Shown here one piece after another: positions 47,285 through 57,117 of a stretch of 64,000 bases of DNA. Origin of the DNA: an uncultured virus (IMG/VR IMGVR_UViG_3300009376_000009) (Duplodnaviria; Heunggongvirae; Uroviricota; Caudoviricetes); the IMG/VR virus record IMGVR_UViG_3300009376_000009; one strand, written 5' to 3'. Below the pieces are notes generated by a model, which was given only the letters and a program-made list of their open reading frames with translations, did no database searches and was not told the origin of the DNA. Positions within the stretch are counted from its first letter, which is position 1. Each line of letters starts with the position of its first letter. The position numbers and the translations under genes were made by a program.

Positions 47285-50200
47285 CTAACTAAAATCTACA
47301 TACACTATACAGGAAACATGACCGAAACTCAGACTTCCACCAACCCGCTTTACTTGTAGAGAATCGCCCTCAGACACAGCAAACGTAAGCCCTGTTTTAG
47401 TGAAATTGTAGTTTGTTCCATTTGAGTTAACCATAGTATCGGCGGTGAGTGTGAAGTCTTCTATATCAGAGCCGGAAGTGCCTCCATTCTTACGCACACG
47501 GAAAGTCTGCGTTGCTGTGCCGCTAAGAGATGTGCCTGTCGAAGAAAGAGAGACTGCCCTCACTACACCGGCTTTCGGCATTGGGAAAAGATTTGACCCA
47601 CTTGTAGATGCGGCTGGAACGGGTATTCTCAAATCATAGGTGTTTGTGCCTAAACTATCTCGCTGGTAGAAATATTGCGCCCAACTGTTAAAGTCATCGT
47701 TATCAAACGCAGACAACTTGATTTCACTTATCAATTTCCTGCGTTCCCCTGCACCATAGTCCAATAAGATTAACTCATCCCGCGTCCCATCTACGTCCGC
47801 CGTCATATCCGTTAATTCAGTTAGGTCAAGAGAAATAGTGCTTGAGTAATCTCCGCTTGTCGTATTCGATTGGGAAATATCTAATCCTGTGCCGACTGAT
47901 ATATCAACTCCGGTCATATCACCACTACCGCCGCCGCCGGTCATATCATCTACAACTAGGTCAATAGTCCCATCTCCATCCTGATAGGTAGCAGAAATCC
48001 TCGTTTCCGTGTTAGATGTAAACATGGCCCCTACTATATCCTGAACTTCCTCGTTTGAAAGTTGAGTGTTCGTATCGGTATCGGTTGCTACCAAATCTAT
48101 TGTCCCGTCGCCATCTTGATAAGTAGCGGTGATATTAGTTTCAGTATTTCCTGAAAACATTCCGCCGACTATGTCTTGAACTTCCTCAGTTGTGAGTTGG
48201 GTGTCGGCGGTCATATCAGTTACTTCTAAGTCTATTGTTCCATCGCCATCTTGATAAGTAGCAGAAATCCTCGTTTCGGTATTACCTGAGAACATACCTC
48301 CGACTATATCCTGAACTTCCTCAGTTGAGAGTTGAGTATTCGTATCAGTAGCGGCAATAGTCATATTTGTGCCGGACGGAGTGAGGCTTATATTGCTTCC
48401 AGCAACCAATTTAATGTCTTGTGTCCCACTTCCTGCGCCACTTTCAGTCAATCGAAGGAGAACATCGGCACTACTGTCTACCCATGAAGTCGCATATTCG
48501 TTCTGAGTATTAGTGTTGGCCGTCATATCATCTACGACTAAATCTATCGTTCCATCTCCATCTTCATAGGTAGCCGAAATCCTAGTTTCGGTGTTCGACG
48601 TAAACATAGCGCCTACTATGTCTTGAACCTCTTCCGTTGTAAGATTAGTGTCTAAGTCATCCACAACTAGGTCTATGGTTCCGTCACTATCCTCGTATGT
48701 AGCCGTAATCCGGGTTTCGGTATTGCTTGTAAACATAGCACCGACAATATCCTGAATATCCTCTGTGGGGTCAGTCCATGACCCAACTCCACTAAGACCG
48801 GAGTATTTGAGATAATTACCCGTAGACCCCCCACTTGGAAGATGAATATTTCCTGCGGTTGTTGGGTGACTATATTGAGTTGAGGCAAATGTAATTGAGT
48901 CGGCTCCTGCTGATGTAGTAATTGTAACGTTGCTTCCCCCCACCAACGTTAGGGTATCTGTCGCTCCGTCTGCTACCACATCATCTTGCCCTGATACTGA
49001 TATAGTCTTGAATGCCTCTCCTGCCCCACCCGATGCGGTAGTGTCTATTGCATCTTGTAGGTTATCGAGAGTCATATACTTCCATTCCGAAGCAGTTTCG
49101 TCCCATAGCAGAATCTTATCGTCAGTAGCATCTGATGACTCATCTAATTCAGTAAGAGTTACGGGGTCTGCAATACTGAATGTAGTAGTTGAAAGAGCAA
49201 GGCCATTACCTGCTGAATACGTAGTATTGGTATCTGCGGTCATATCGTCTACGACTAAGTCTATTGTTCCATCACCATCCTGATATGTCGCTGAGATTCT
49301 TGTTTCTGTGTTACCACCGAACATAGCCCCTACTATGTCTTGAATATATTCATCACTCCGAGGTTGAGTGTCGGCGGTCATATCGTCTACGACTAAGTCA
49401 ATAGTCCCGTCACCGTCCTCGTATGTGGCCGCAATCCTAGTTTCCGTGTTACCACCAAACATAGCCCCCACAATGTCTTGCACAGCCTCGGTAGTCAATG
49501 GCGCACCGTCCAATGTAGTCACTACATCTATTGTTCCATCCCCGTCCTGATATGTAACTGCCGTGTTGGTTTCGGTATTCGATGTAAACATAGCCCCCAC
49601 AATATCTTGAACTTCTTCTGTGGTGAGTTGGGTATTTGCGGTCATATCATCTACAACCAAGTCTATTGTCCCATCTGCATCATCATAGGTGACCGAAATC
49701 CTTGTTTCGGTGTTGCTGGTGAACATCGCTCCTACAATATCTTGAATGTCTTCTGCGGGGTCAGCCCATGTTGCTACTCCTGAGAACCCACCATACTTCA
49801 AATAATTACCTGATGAACCCCCTGTTGGAACGTGCTTATTGCCCGCAGTTGTTGGATGAGTATAGACTGTGTCTGTATCTGTCGCAGCAATAGTCATATC
49901 TGTGCCGGACGGAGTAAGAGAAATATTACTCCCTGCGACCAACTTAATGTCTTGTGTCCCTGAGCCTGCTCCACTTTCTGTTAACCTAAGAAGAACATCA
50001 CTACTGCTATCTACCCAAGACGTTGCATATTCGTTCTGCGTGTTGTTATCAGTAGTCATATCATCAACTACGAGGTCAATTGTTCCATCCCCGTCTTGAT
50101 AGGTGGCCGCTATTCTCGTTTCAGTATTGGAAGTGAACATGGCTCCTACAATATCTTGCACTTCTTCGGTAGAAAGATTAGTGTCCGCAACATAGTCGGG

Positions 50201-53200
50201 AGTAGCCCATGTCGCTACTCCGCTAATGCCGGAGTATTTCAAGAATTGACCTGACGACCCCCCTGATGGAATGTGAATATTCCCCGCAGTAGTTGGATGA
50301 GTATAGACGGTGTCGGTATCAGTAGCAACAAAGTCAAGTGTTCCATCCCCATCTTGATATGTGACCGAAATATTAGTTTCTGTGTTACCTGAAACCATCG
50401 CCCCTACTATGTCTTGAACTTCTTCGGTTGAAAGTTGAGTATTCGTATCAGCAGTCATATCATCAACAACAAGGTCAATGGTTCCATCACCATCTTCGTA
50501 TGTTGCTGAAATACGAGTTTCTGTGTTACTTGAAAACATGGCCCCTACTATATCTTGCACAGCCTCGGTAGTCAAAGGAGCGCCATCAAGAGTTGTGACG
50601 ACGTCTATCGTCCCATCACCATCCTGATACGTAACTGATGTGTTAGTTTCAGTATTGCCTGAAAACATGGCCCCTACCAAATCTTGAATATATTCATCAG
50701 TCCGAGGTTGAGTATCTGTGGCGACGAAATCAAGGGTTCCATCACCATCCTCATACGTCACAGAAATGTTTGTTTCAGTATTCCCTGATACCATCGCCCC
50801 AACAATGTCCTGCACTTCCTCAGTCGTAAGGGCAGCGACATAATCAGGAGTAGCCCATGACCCAACCCCACTCAAACCTGAGTATTTCAAGAATTGGCCT
50901 GATGAACCACCGGCAGGAAGATGATGATTACCCGCAGTTGTAGGGTGAGTATAGACTGTATCATTGTCGGTGGCTACGAAATCGAGAGTCCCGTCATCGT
51001 CTTGATATGTGACTGAAATATTAGTTTCAGTATTGCCCGATACCATAGCACCCACAATATCTTGAACTGCTTCCGTAGTCAAGGGCGCACCATCAAGGGT
51101 AGTAACCACATCAATAGTGCCGTCACCATCTTGATAGGTAACAGAAGTATTCGTTTCGGTGTTCGACGTAAACATAGCCCCGACTATATCCTGCACTTCC
51201 TCAGTTGTAAGTTGGGTATCAGCCGTCATATCGTCTACGACTAAATCTATTGTTCCGTCGCTATCATCATAGGTAACTGAAATCCTAGTTTCCGTATTCG
51301 ATGTAAACATGGCTCCGACAACATCTTGAATATCTTCTGTGGGGTTAGTCCAAGTTGCTACCCCACTTGTTAGAGCATATTTCAAATAATCGCCCGACGA
51401 ACCCCCGGTTGGGACGTGCTTGTTTCCAGCAGTAGTAGGGTGAGTATAGACGGTATCTGTATCTGTCGCCACGAAATCAATCGTTCCATCACCATCCTGA
51501 TAAGTAACTGAGATATTAGTTTCCGTGTTACCTGTGAGCATACCACCTACTATGTCTTGCACTTCCTCCGTTGTTAGGTTGGTATCTAAATCATCAACGA
51601 CAAGGTCAATAGTCCCATCTCCGTCTTCGTATGTAGCCGAGATTCGTGTTTCGGTATTTCCTGAGAACATGGCTCCTACTATGTCCTGAACGGCTTCTGT
51701 CGTAAGTGGTGCGCCGTCAAGAGTAGTAACCACATCTATTGTTCCATCCCCGTCTTCGTAAGTAACTGATGTATTGGTTTCTGTGTTGCCTGAGAACATG
51801 GCTCCGACAATATCTTGCACCGCTTCGGTAGTTAGTGGTGCGCCATCGAGAGTTGTAACTACATCAATAGTCCCGTCTCCATCTTGATAGGTCACAGAAG
51901 TATTAGTTTCAGTATTCCCTGAAAACATGGCTCCTACAATATCTTGAACTTCCTCAGTAGATAACTGAGTATTAGTGTCTGCGGTCATGTCGTCCACAAC
52001 TAAGTCAATTGTGCCGTCACCGTCTTCGTAAGTGGCGGCAATACGAGTTTCAGTATTCCCTGAAAACATAGCCCCGACAATATCCTGAACGGCTTCGGTG
52101 GTCAATGGTGCGCCATCTAAGGTCGTGACCACATCTATTGTGCCGTCGCCATCTTGATATGTAACTGCTGTATTGGTTTCGGTATTACCGGAGAACATAG
52201 CACCGACAATATCCTGAATATACTCATCAGTCCGGGGCTGTGTATCAGTAGCAGCAATAGTCATATCTGTCCCATCAGGGGTTAACGAAACGTTAGAGCC
52301 AGCAACCAATTTAATATCCTGTGTTCCTGAACTTGCCCCACCTGCTGTTAAGCGCAGAAGAACATCGTTAGAGGAATCAACCCAAGAAGAAGTGTAGGTA
52401 TTTTGGGTGTTAGTGGTTGTGTCGGGAGGAACTACCCAATCACCGTCCTCCCTAAGATACTTGGTAGTAGTGGCTCCGCCATCTCTTGCAGGAACTAAAG
52501 CGGCTGTGCCGGGGCTTGTTGAGCCTGCGAACGTCGAGTAAGTGGTATCAGGAGAAGTTAAGGTAATGAGGAAGGGGTCGCCCGAAGTCCCGGCTCCTGT
52601 TAAGTTCGTCCCAAGTGAGCCTGTGGCGGTCACAAACTTCACATATTCGCCTTCTTGCACATCTTCGTTGTCGCCGCCACTATCTACAATCTTGAAGCCA
52701 TCCCCCATGTCTACTGTATCTGTATTTGTCGTAAAAGTAAGTGCGCTTTGCATATAGGTCGTCAAGCGACTCATAGTGGCCTTCCTATTCGTTCCTCCTG
52801 CGCCATTATCTACAATCATAAGGTCAGCATCAACTAACGCTTCACCAATGTCGGTCATACCATCAATATCAAGACTAAATGCTGTTCCTGATAATCCGAT
52901 ACCACCGTTTGCCGTAGCAGAATACGTAGTATTTGTGTCTGCGGAGGAAAATGTAATTGTGTCCGTTCCAGCATTCGTGGTAATCGTCATACCACCCGCC
53001 GCTACAAGAGTTAAGTCATCTCCCGCAGAAGCCGCAAGTGAAGTTTGGCCGGACACCGCAATACTGTCGAAAGCGTTAGCACTACCCCCCGCCGCAGCCC
53101 ACTCAATACCGTCCGCCCCCGAATTAACGGTCAAAACTTGGTTTGCGGTTCCAATCGCTAATACGCCTAATGCACCATGTCCTTGTCCGTACAATACTGA

Positions 53201-54322
53201 GTTTCTAGCAGCGTATTCGATACCCGTTCCTCCTGCGGCCACAGGTAATCTGAGTGTGCTTCCTCTTGCTCTGTAAACTCCTTCTGCTACTTGAGTGTAA
53301 TTCCAATCTCCAAGCACTTTGGGTCTTTTCACCGTATGAATCTCTGATGAGTTAATATCGGTGAATAACGTAGAGCCATAGAGTTTTGCACCACCTTCTA
53401 TCTCCAACGAATAGCAATCCAAAATTAGATTAGAGCGAATCTGTGCATAATGTGCTGAGTTTGTTGGTTTACCTATTTTAAGGCCGTGATATTTCACATT
53501 GAAAGTATTGAATCCTGCTGTTCCCGATGGCCCACGATTAGCGTCGCCATTGACGGGAAGATACCACGTCGTTGAATTAGGAACAAACCTAACTGTCGAA
53601 AGCCCCCAATCAGTAGCAACGACACCCCTATGAGCAGTAACGGATGCGGTAGGTGAAACGTCCATATCCAAAGTAAGTGACCCATCAAAACTGAACTCCT
53701 TCGTTAAATCCGCTTCTGTGCGAGTCAACGGTTTGATAGGAGCATCAGAATCAAGGCTAAGAGCATCTACTTTTCCAAAAGAATTGCTTTGAGTTGGGAC
53801 AAAAGTAGGTGAGAAGTAAACTGTTGAAGAGTCTGTAATGAATTGAAGATGAGGATATACCCCGTCTTCCAAAGCAATACTGATATTCGCTCCGGGCTTG
53901 AACTTAAAAGTTACATTTCCCCTTGAAGTAGAATTATCGAACATTCCGTTTTCTGCTGTATTGAGTGAAGCGTCCGTAAGGAACGTAACATAGCAATTGT
54001 TGGTTGGGGCTGACCCTGTAAACACCACCGAAGCAGTAGAAGTTGACGATATACAACCCGCCTTCTTGATTACAAGGGGGGCGTTGCCTTTGAGATTTGC
54101 TACCGCATTGAGTCTAAACCCTCTCCCTGTGGCGGTATCATTCTGAATAGTTATGCTGTTACAATAGAAATCGGAATCAAAATGCGCTGCATTTGTCGCA
54201 GTCCCGGTGAAAACTAAGTCATCCGTGCCGCCCGAAGTAAGTGTGGGCGCACCCACTTCGGCCCAATTGTCTGCTTCTGTAACTACGGAAGATGCAGAGC
54301 CATCCCAAGTAAATGTTCCCAT
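47285..54322 (-). CDS. Long repetitive tail fibre / adhesin (2345 aa)
   Basis: About 23 QDIVGAMF.GNTET...TY.DGDGTID repeats, an LPVAAGGTG fibre motif, and a chaperone gene downstream. Confidence 0.85.
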   Translation of the reverse strand: MGTFTWDGSASSVVTEADNWAEVGAPTLTSGGTDDLVFTGTATNAAHFDSDFYCNSITIQNDTATGRGFRLNAVANLKGNAPLVIKKAGCISSTSTASVVFTGSAPTNNCYVTFLTDASLNTAENGMFDNSTSRGNVTFKFKPGANISIALEDGVYPHLQFITDSSTVYFSPTFVPTQSNSFGKVDALSLDSDAPIKPLTRTEADLTKEFSFDGSLTLDMDVSPTASVTAHRGVVATDWGLSTVRFVPNSTTWYLPVNGDANRGPSGTAGFNTFNVKYHGLKIGKPTNSAHYAQIRSNLILDCYSLEIEGGAKLYGSTLFTDINSSEIHTVKRPKVLGDWNYTQVAEGVYRARGSTLRLPVAAGGTGIEYAARNSVLYGQGHGALGVLAIGTANQVLTVNSGADGIEWAAAGGSANAFDSIAVSGQTSLAASAGDDLTLVAAGGMTITTNAGTDTITFSSADTNTTYSATANGGIGLSGTAFSLDIDGMTDIGEALVDADLMIVDNGAGGTNRKATMSRLTTYMQSALTFTTNTDTVDMGDGFKIVDSGGDNEDVQEGEYVKFVTATGSLGTNLTGAGTSGDPFLITLTSPDTTYSTFAGSTSPGTAALVPARDGGATTTKYLREDGDWVVPPDTTTNTQNTYTSSWVDSSNDVLLRLTAGGASSGTQDIKLVAGSNVSLTPDGTDMTIAATDTQPRTDEYIQDIVGAMFSGNTETNTAVTYQDGDGTIDVVTTLDGAPLTTEAVQDIVGAMFSGNTETRIAATYEDGDGTIDLVVDDMTADTNTQLSTEEVQDIVGAMFSGNTETNTSVTYQDGDGTIDVVTTLDGAPLTTEAVQDIVGAMFSGNTETNTSVTYEDGDGTIDVVTTLDGAPLTTEAVQDIVGAMFSGNTETRISATYEDGDGTIDLVVDDLDTNLTTEEVQDIVGGMLTGNTETNISVTYQDGDGTIDFVATDTDTVYTHPTTAGNKHVPTGGSSGDYLKYALTSGVATWTNPTEDIQDVVGAMFTSNTETRISVTYDDSDGTIDLVVDDMTADTQLTTEEVQDIVGAMFTSNTETNTSVTYQDGDGTIDVVTTLDGAPLTTEAVQDIVGAMVSGNTETNISVTYQDDDGTLDFVATDNDTVYTHPTTAGNHHLPAGGSSGQFLKYSGLSGVGSWATPDYVAALTTEEVQDIVGAMVSGNTETNISVTYEDGDGTLDFVATDTQPRTDEYIQDLVGAMFSGNTETNTSVTYQDGDGTIDVVTTLDGAPLTTEAVQDIVGAMFSSNTETRISATYEDGDGTIDLVVDDMTADTNTQLSTEEVQDIVGAMVSGNTETNISVTYQDGDGTLDFVATDTDTVYTHPTTAGNIHIPSGGSSGQFLKYSGISGVATWATPDYVADTNLSTEEVQDIVGAMFTSNTETRIAATYQDGDGTIDLVVDDMTTDNNTQNEYATSWVDSSSDVLLRLTESGAGSGTQDIKLVAGSNISLTPSGTDMTIAATDTDTVYTHPTTAGNKHVPTGGSSGNYLKYGGFSGVATWADPAEDIQDIVGAMFTSNTETRISVTYDDADGTIDLVVDDMTANTQLTTEEVQDIVGAMFTSNTETNTAVTYQDGDGTIDVVTTLDGAPLTTEAVQDIVGAMFGGNTETRIAATYEDGDGTIDLVVDDMTADTQPRSDEYIQDIVGAMFGGNTETRISATYQDGDGTIDLVVDDMTADTNTTYSAGNGLALSTTTFSIADPVTLTELDESSDATDDKILLWDETASEWKYMTLDNLQDAIDTTASGGAGEAFKTISVSGQDDVVADGATDTLTLVGGSNVTITTSAGADSITFASTQYSHPTTAGNIHLPSGGSTGNYLKYSGLSGVGSWTDPTEDIQDIVGAMFTSNTETRITATYEDSDGTIDLVVDDLDTNLTTEEVQDIVGAMFTSNTETRISATYEDGDGTIDLVVDDMTANTNTQNEYATSWVDSSADVLLRLTESGAGSGTQDIKLVAGSNISLTPSGTNMTIAATDTNTQLSTEEVQDIVGGMFSGNTETRISATYQDGDGTIDLEVTDMTADTQLTTEEVQDIVGGMFSGNTETNITATYQDGDGTIDLVATDTDTNTQLSNEEVQDIVGAMFTSNTETRISATYQDGDGTIDLVVDDMTGGGGSGDMTGVDISVGTGLDISQSNTTSGDYSSTISLDLTELTDMTADVDGTRDELILLDYGAGERRKLISEIKLSAFDNDDFNSWAQYFYQRDSLGTNTYDLRIPVPAASTSGSNLFPMPKAGVVRAVSLSSTGTSLSGTATQTFRVRKNGGTSGSDIEDFTLTADTMVNSNGTNYNFTKTGLTFAVSEGDSLQVKRVGGSLSFGHVSCIVYVDFS

Positions 54323-54333
54323 ATTCTACCCCC

Positions 54334-54804
54334 TTAATCAGAGGATTTCAGACTACCACTCAGTTGCGCGGTAGTAGTGCCGCCAACCTTCGTTGTAGTG
54401 GCCTTTACCTTAAACGCGCTCCCTCCCTTTTCTTCTATCGCTCTAATGGCCTCAAGTGCCTGCTTCTCAAATGAGGTTAACTGCTTGTTGAACCTAACAT
54501 CTTGAGTGCCTTGTTCCTTTTCGGGAACCCATGCAGGAATCGTATCTATCAGAACACGCAAGCAATCAGTTGCAACTAAAAACTTGATGGCGGATTCTTT
54601 TAGTGTAGTATCAGGCACATTGTCTGCTGTTCCACCAACATAACCCGCCGCACGTGTCTTTTTGTTGACTTCGGCTGTCCGAATAGTGAGATATTCACTA
54701 ATCGTATTCTCATTTAGTCCTCGTGGCCTATTGAGAAGGTCACGAATCTGTGCTGTCGTTACCGCCACTACCCCACCTACTATCGTAATCCGATGGAACA
54801 TCAA
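54334..54804 (-). CDS. Putative head-tail connector
   Basis: Follows the capsid genes. Helical VTTAQIRDLL pattern. Start uncertain. Confidence 0.55.
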   Translation of the reverse strand: MMFHRITIVGGVVAVTTAQIRDLLNRPRGLNENTISEYLTIRTAEVNKKTRAAGYVGGTADNVPDTTLKESAIKFLVATDCLRVLIDTIPAWVPEKEQGTQDVRFNKQLTSFEKQALEAIRAIEEKGGSAFKVKATTTKVGGTTTAQLSGSLKSSD

Positions 54805-55102
54805 TGATTACAGCGTCATTTGAAGGTTTGTTCGTCCTATCCAATACCAAAACAAGCCTTGAGCCAACAATGGCGTGAGCCATCATGCTATTTGGAAGCC
54901 AATACAGTTTCGTTCTATCATCAAGAAGCGTAATAGGATGGTTTGCGTGTTGAGTAGAAGGGTTTCGTAGAAGTCGGACTAAAAACCCATCTCCACTTAA
55001 CCAATGCTTGAGTCTGTGCTGCATATCAGCGACTTTGGCGGAAGGAGGCATAGGAATCCCCGCCTTCTTCATCTTAGATGCTAATTCGGCCTTCGTAACC
55101 AT
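54740..55102 (-). CDS. Hypothetical protein with HeH/SAP-like N-terminus
   Basis: TKAEL...KKAGIP....AKVADM. Confidence 0.7.
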   Translation of the reverse strand: MVTKAELASKMKKAGIPMPPSAKVADMQHRLKHWLSGDGFLVRLLRNPSTQHANHPITLLDDRTKLYWLPNSMMAHAIVGSRLVLVLDRTNKPSNDAVIIDVPSDYDSRWGSGGNDSTDS

Positions 55103-55115
55103 GTAACTCTACTCT

Positions 55116-55250
55116 TCACTCTTTCTTGGCTTTACTTTTAGCCGCACTCTTCTTCTTTGGAGCCTTCTTTGGAGGGATTACGTCGTAATTCCCGTCTTCA
55201 CGGAGAACATACTGTGTGCCGTCAGGCTCAGTCCAGCCTTCGTCGGCCAT
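55116..55250 (-). CDS. 44-aa protein with Lys-rich tail (not in ORF track)
   Basis: MADEGWTEPDGTQY...KKAPKKKSAAKSKAKKE fills the intergenic gap. Confidence 0.7.
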   Translation of the reverse strand: MADEGWTEPDGTQYVLREDGNYDVIPPKKAPKKKSAAKSKAKKE

Positions 55251-55255
55251 CTAAA

Positions 55256-55705
55256 TCAATATCCTTCGACGTAAGTGATGTAGAGATACATCTTTCCGGC
55301 TGTTAGGGCCGCAGTAGCGATTGTAAATAGGACGCTTCGTGCAGCAGTCAGTTTCTTTGAAGCCACAAGGCCACCAACCTGAGTTGCCGCCACATAAGCC
55401 GCGTTGTCGAAAGCAGTTGCGGCCTTGATTATAGCAGCCCCATCAGTAGCGACACCGAGAGCGACAGTAGCAGAACCACCCGAAGCAAGGGGAGTTACTA
55501 CGTCCCATGTAGCCCTTGTGATTATTGCGTTATCAGGAAGAGTAGAAGCCTTTCCATCTGCATTAGTCATGGTAATTGCGCCTGCTGCACCGCCTTGTGT
55601 GCCGAAGTCATACATGAAACATTGAGTCTTTTCATTGTGCGGAGCGAGATGGGTGTTACCAATCAAGTCTTGTAACTTGCGGTTCCGGTTATTCTGTGCC
55701 GACAT
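55256..55705 (-). CDS. Minor capsid / decoration protein
   Basis: Follows the major capsid gene. LPDNAII...V.T, TAGKMYLYITY beta pattern. Confidence 0.7.
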   Translation of the reverse strand: MSAQNNRNRKLQDLIGNTHLAPHNEKTQCFMYDFGTQGGAAGAITMTNADGKASTLPDNAIITRATWDVVTPLASGGSATVALGVATDGAAIIKAATAFDNAAYVAATQVGGLVASKKLTAARSVLFTIATAALTAGKMYLYITYVEGY

Positions 55706-55732
55706 TTCACTTCCTCCTTTCAATCAGTTATC

Positions 55733-56626
55733 TCACGCAACCCCGGTAATCTTGCAAATCCGGTTATTCTTGCCCGAAGCCGCGCCATCTTGGTGTTCGT
55801 GGATAACCGACCCAAAGAAAGAGGTCAGAAGCCAATCGTAACCAACGCCGGGAAGCCTCGTCAACTCTGTTTCCATAAAGCCCTCCCCGTTGTATTGGAA
55901 GAACTCTGCGGTTTCAGCACCCGGTATTAGCAGAAGTGCGTCACTTGCAACAGTCGAATCCCTTGAGTAGTAAACTCTCAAGTTTGCGATACGTCCCATG
56001 TGGTCTTGTAGTGACTCAACCACGTTGCCGAAGAGTTGAGTGTTTAGCATGGCGCTTCTCTTGCCTGCTGGAAGGATAAGAGCCATTGGCTCGTCACCCG
56101 AAACTCTTGCGTTAGCGAAGATTAAGTCCATAGCGGCAAGGAGGTCGCCTTCCTCATCAGCACCAGCAGACCCAAAGGTTGTAGTAGCAGCCTGAGTCTG
56201 TCCTGCACCGGCTGCAAGAGCCGATAGAATCTCGGAGTCAATCTTGTCTGCACGAGCGCGAATAATTCCCAACTGCTGTCGGTCAATGTTCTCCCATGAC
56301 TCTCCGCGTAGGCGGACTGAGTCGAGGAAAGTCACACGGCCCTGACCCTTGTAGAGTTTGGTCGTGTAGTTCTCGGTTCCAACCTTCGTAGGGTCTACGA
56401 TGGCGTTATCATCAAGGGGGTACGAAAAAGTCCCGTTCACGCCGGTATACCACTTGAAATCCATCCAAGAAACCGAGCGAACCCCAACAACGTTTGTCCC
56501 AACGGCTATGGTCGTAGATTGTAGTTGAATGAAATCGCGGAGTGTTTGCTCGATAACAGCATCACCCGTCGAAAATGGGCCTGCGGCTGCGTCTACGTTC
56601 AAAATCTCTTCTAGTGTTCTACTCAT
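55733..56626 (-). CDS. Major capsid protein (HK97 fold)
   Basis: 297 aa in portal-protease-decoration-capsid order, with an ARADKIDSEIL spine helix. Confidence 0.8.
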   Translation of the reverse strand: MSRTLEEILNVDAAAGPFSTGDAVIEQTLRDFIQLQSTTIAVGTNVVGVRSVSWMDFKWYTGVNGTFSYPLDDNAIVDPTKVGTENYTTKLYKGQGRVTFLDSVRLRGESWENIDRQQLGIIRARADKIDSEILSALAAGAGQTQAATTTFGSAGADEEGDLLAAMDLIFANARVSGDEPMALILPAGKRSAMLNTQLFGNVVESLQDHMGRIANLRVYYSRDSTVASDALLLIPGAETAEFFQYNGEGFMETELTRLPGVGYDWLLTSFFGSVIHEHQDGAASGKNNRICKITGVA

Positions 56627-56639
56627 ACTAACTTCCTCC

Positions 56640-57116
56640 TTATGCTATATTCGCTCCTGCGGTCATAACTGTAATCAAGTTACCCTCAGTTGTTGCTGTG
56701 CCGGTTACGCCTGCATTAGTTAGGCCATCACCTGCTCCTGAGTCTACAAGAGCAGTTGTTACTTCTCCTGTTCCGACATACAGTCCGATTTTCTTTGCGG
56801 AAGAACCGCTTGAAGTTACTGCAAGACCGTCGTTTCCGGCATAGACCGTTAGTCCGGTAGTCCATGTCTGCGAAGCCGCCGACTGCACTTGAAGAACACC
56901 ACCGAGAGGATAGAAAGACACCTTAGCGGCGGTAATATCCATTGTTCCGCCTGCGGCCCTCTCGGACTCGCCTGCTGAAATCCCTATTGCGACTTCACCA
57001 ACGGCGGTCAAATCAAGCAAGTTGTTTGTTCCGTCGTGGGTCATAATCTTGCCTGCGCCCTTAACAATCTTGTCGTCAATCATCAGTCCGTGTATTGGGT
57101 CTGCAAAGTTTACCAT
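56640..57116 (-). CDS. Capsid cement/decoration protein
   Basis: Gly/Ala/Thr-rich, between protease and capsid genes. Confidence 0.65.
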   Translation of the reverse strand: MVNFADPIHGLMIDDKIVKGAGKIMTHDGTNNLLDLTAVGEVAIGISAGESERAAGGTMDITAAKVSFYPLGGVLQVQSAASQTWTTGLTVYAGNDGLAVTSSGSSAKKIGLYVGTGEVTTALVDSGAGDGLTNAGVTGTATTEGNLITVMTAGANIA

Positions 57117-57117
57117 A

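Noticed and set aside
47900..52260. Fibre repeats as a diversity-generating retroelement TR/VR pair
   Set aside because: There is no reverse transcriptase, and the differences are mostly synonymous rather than adenine-specific.
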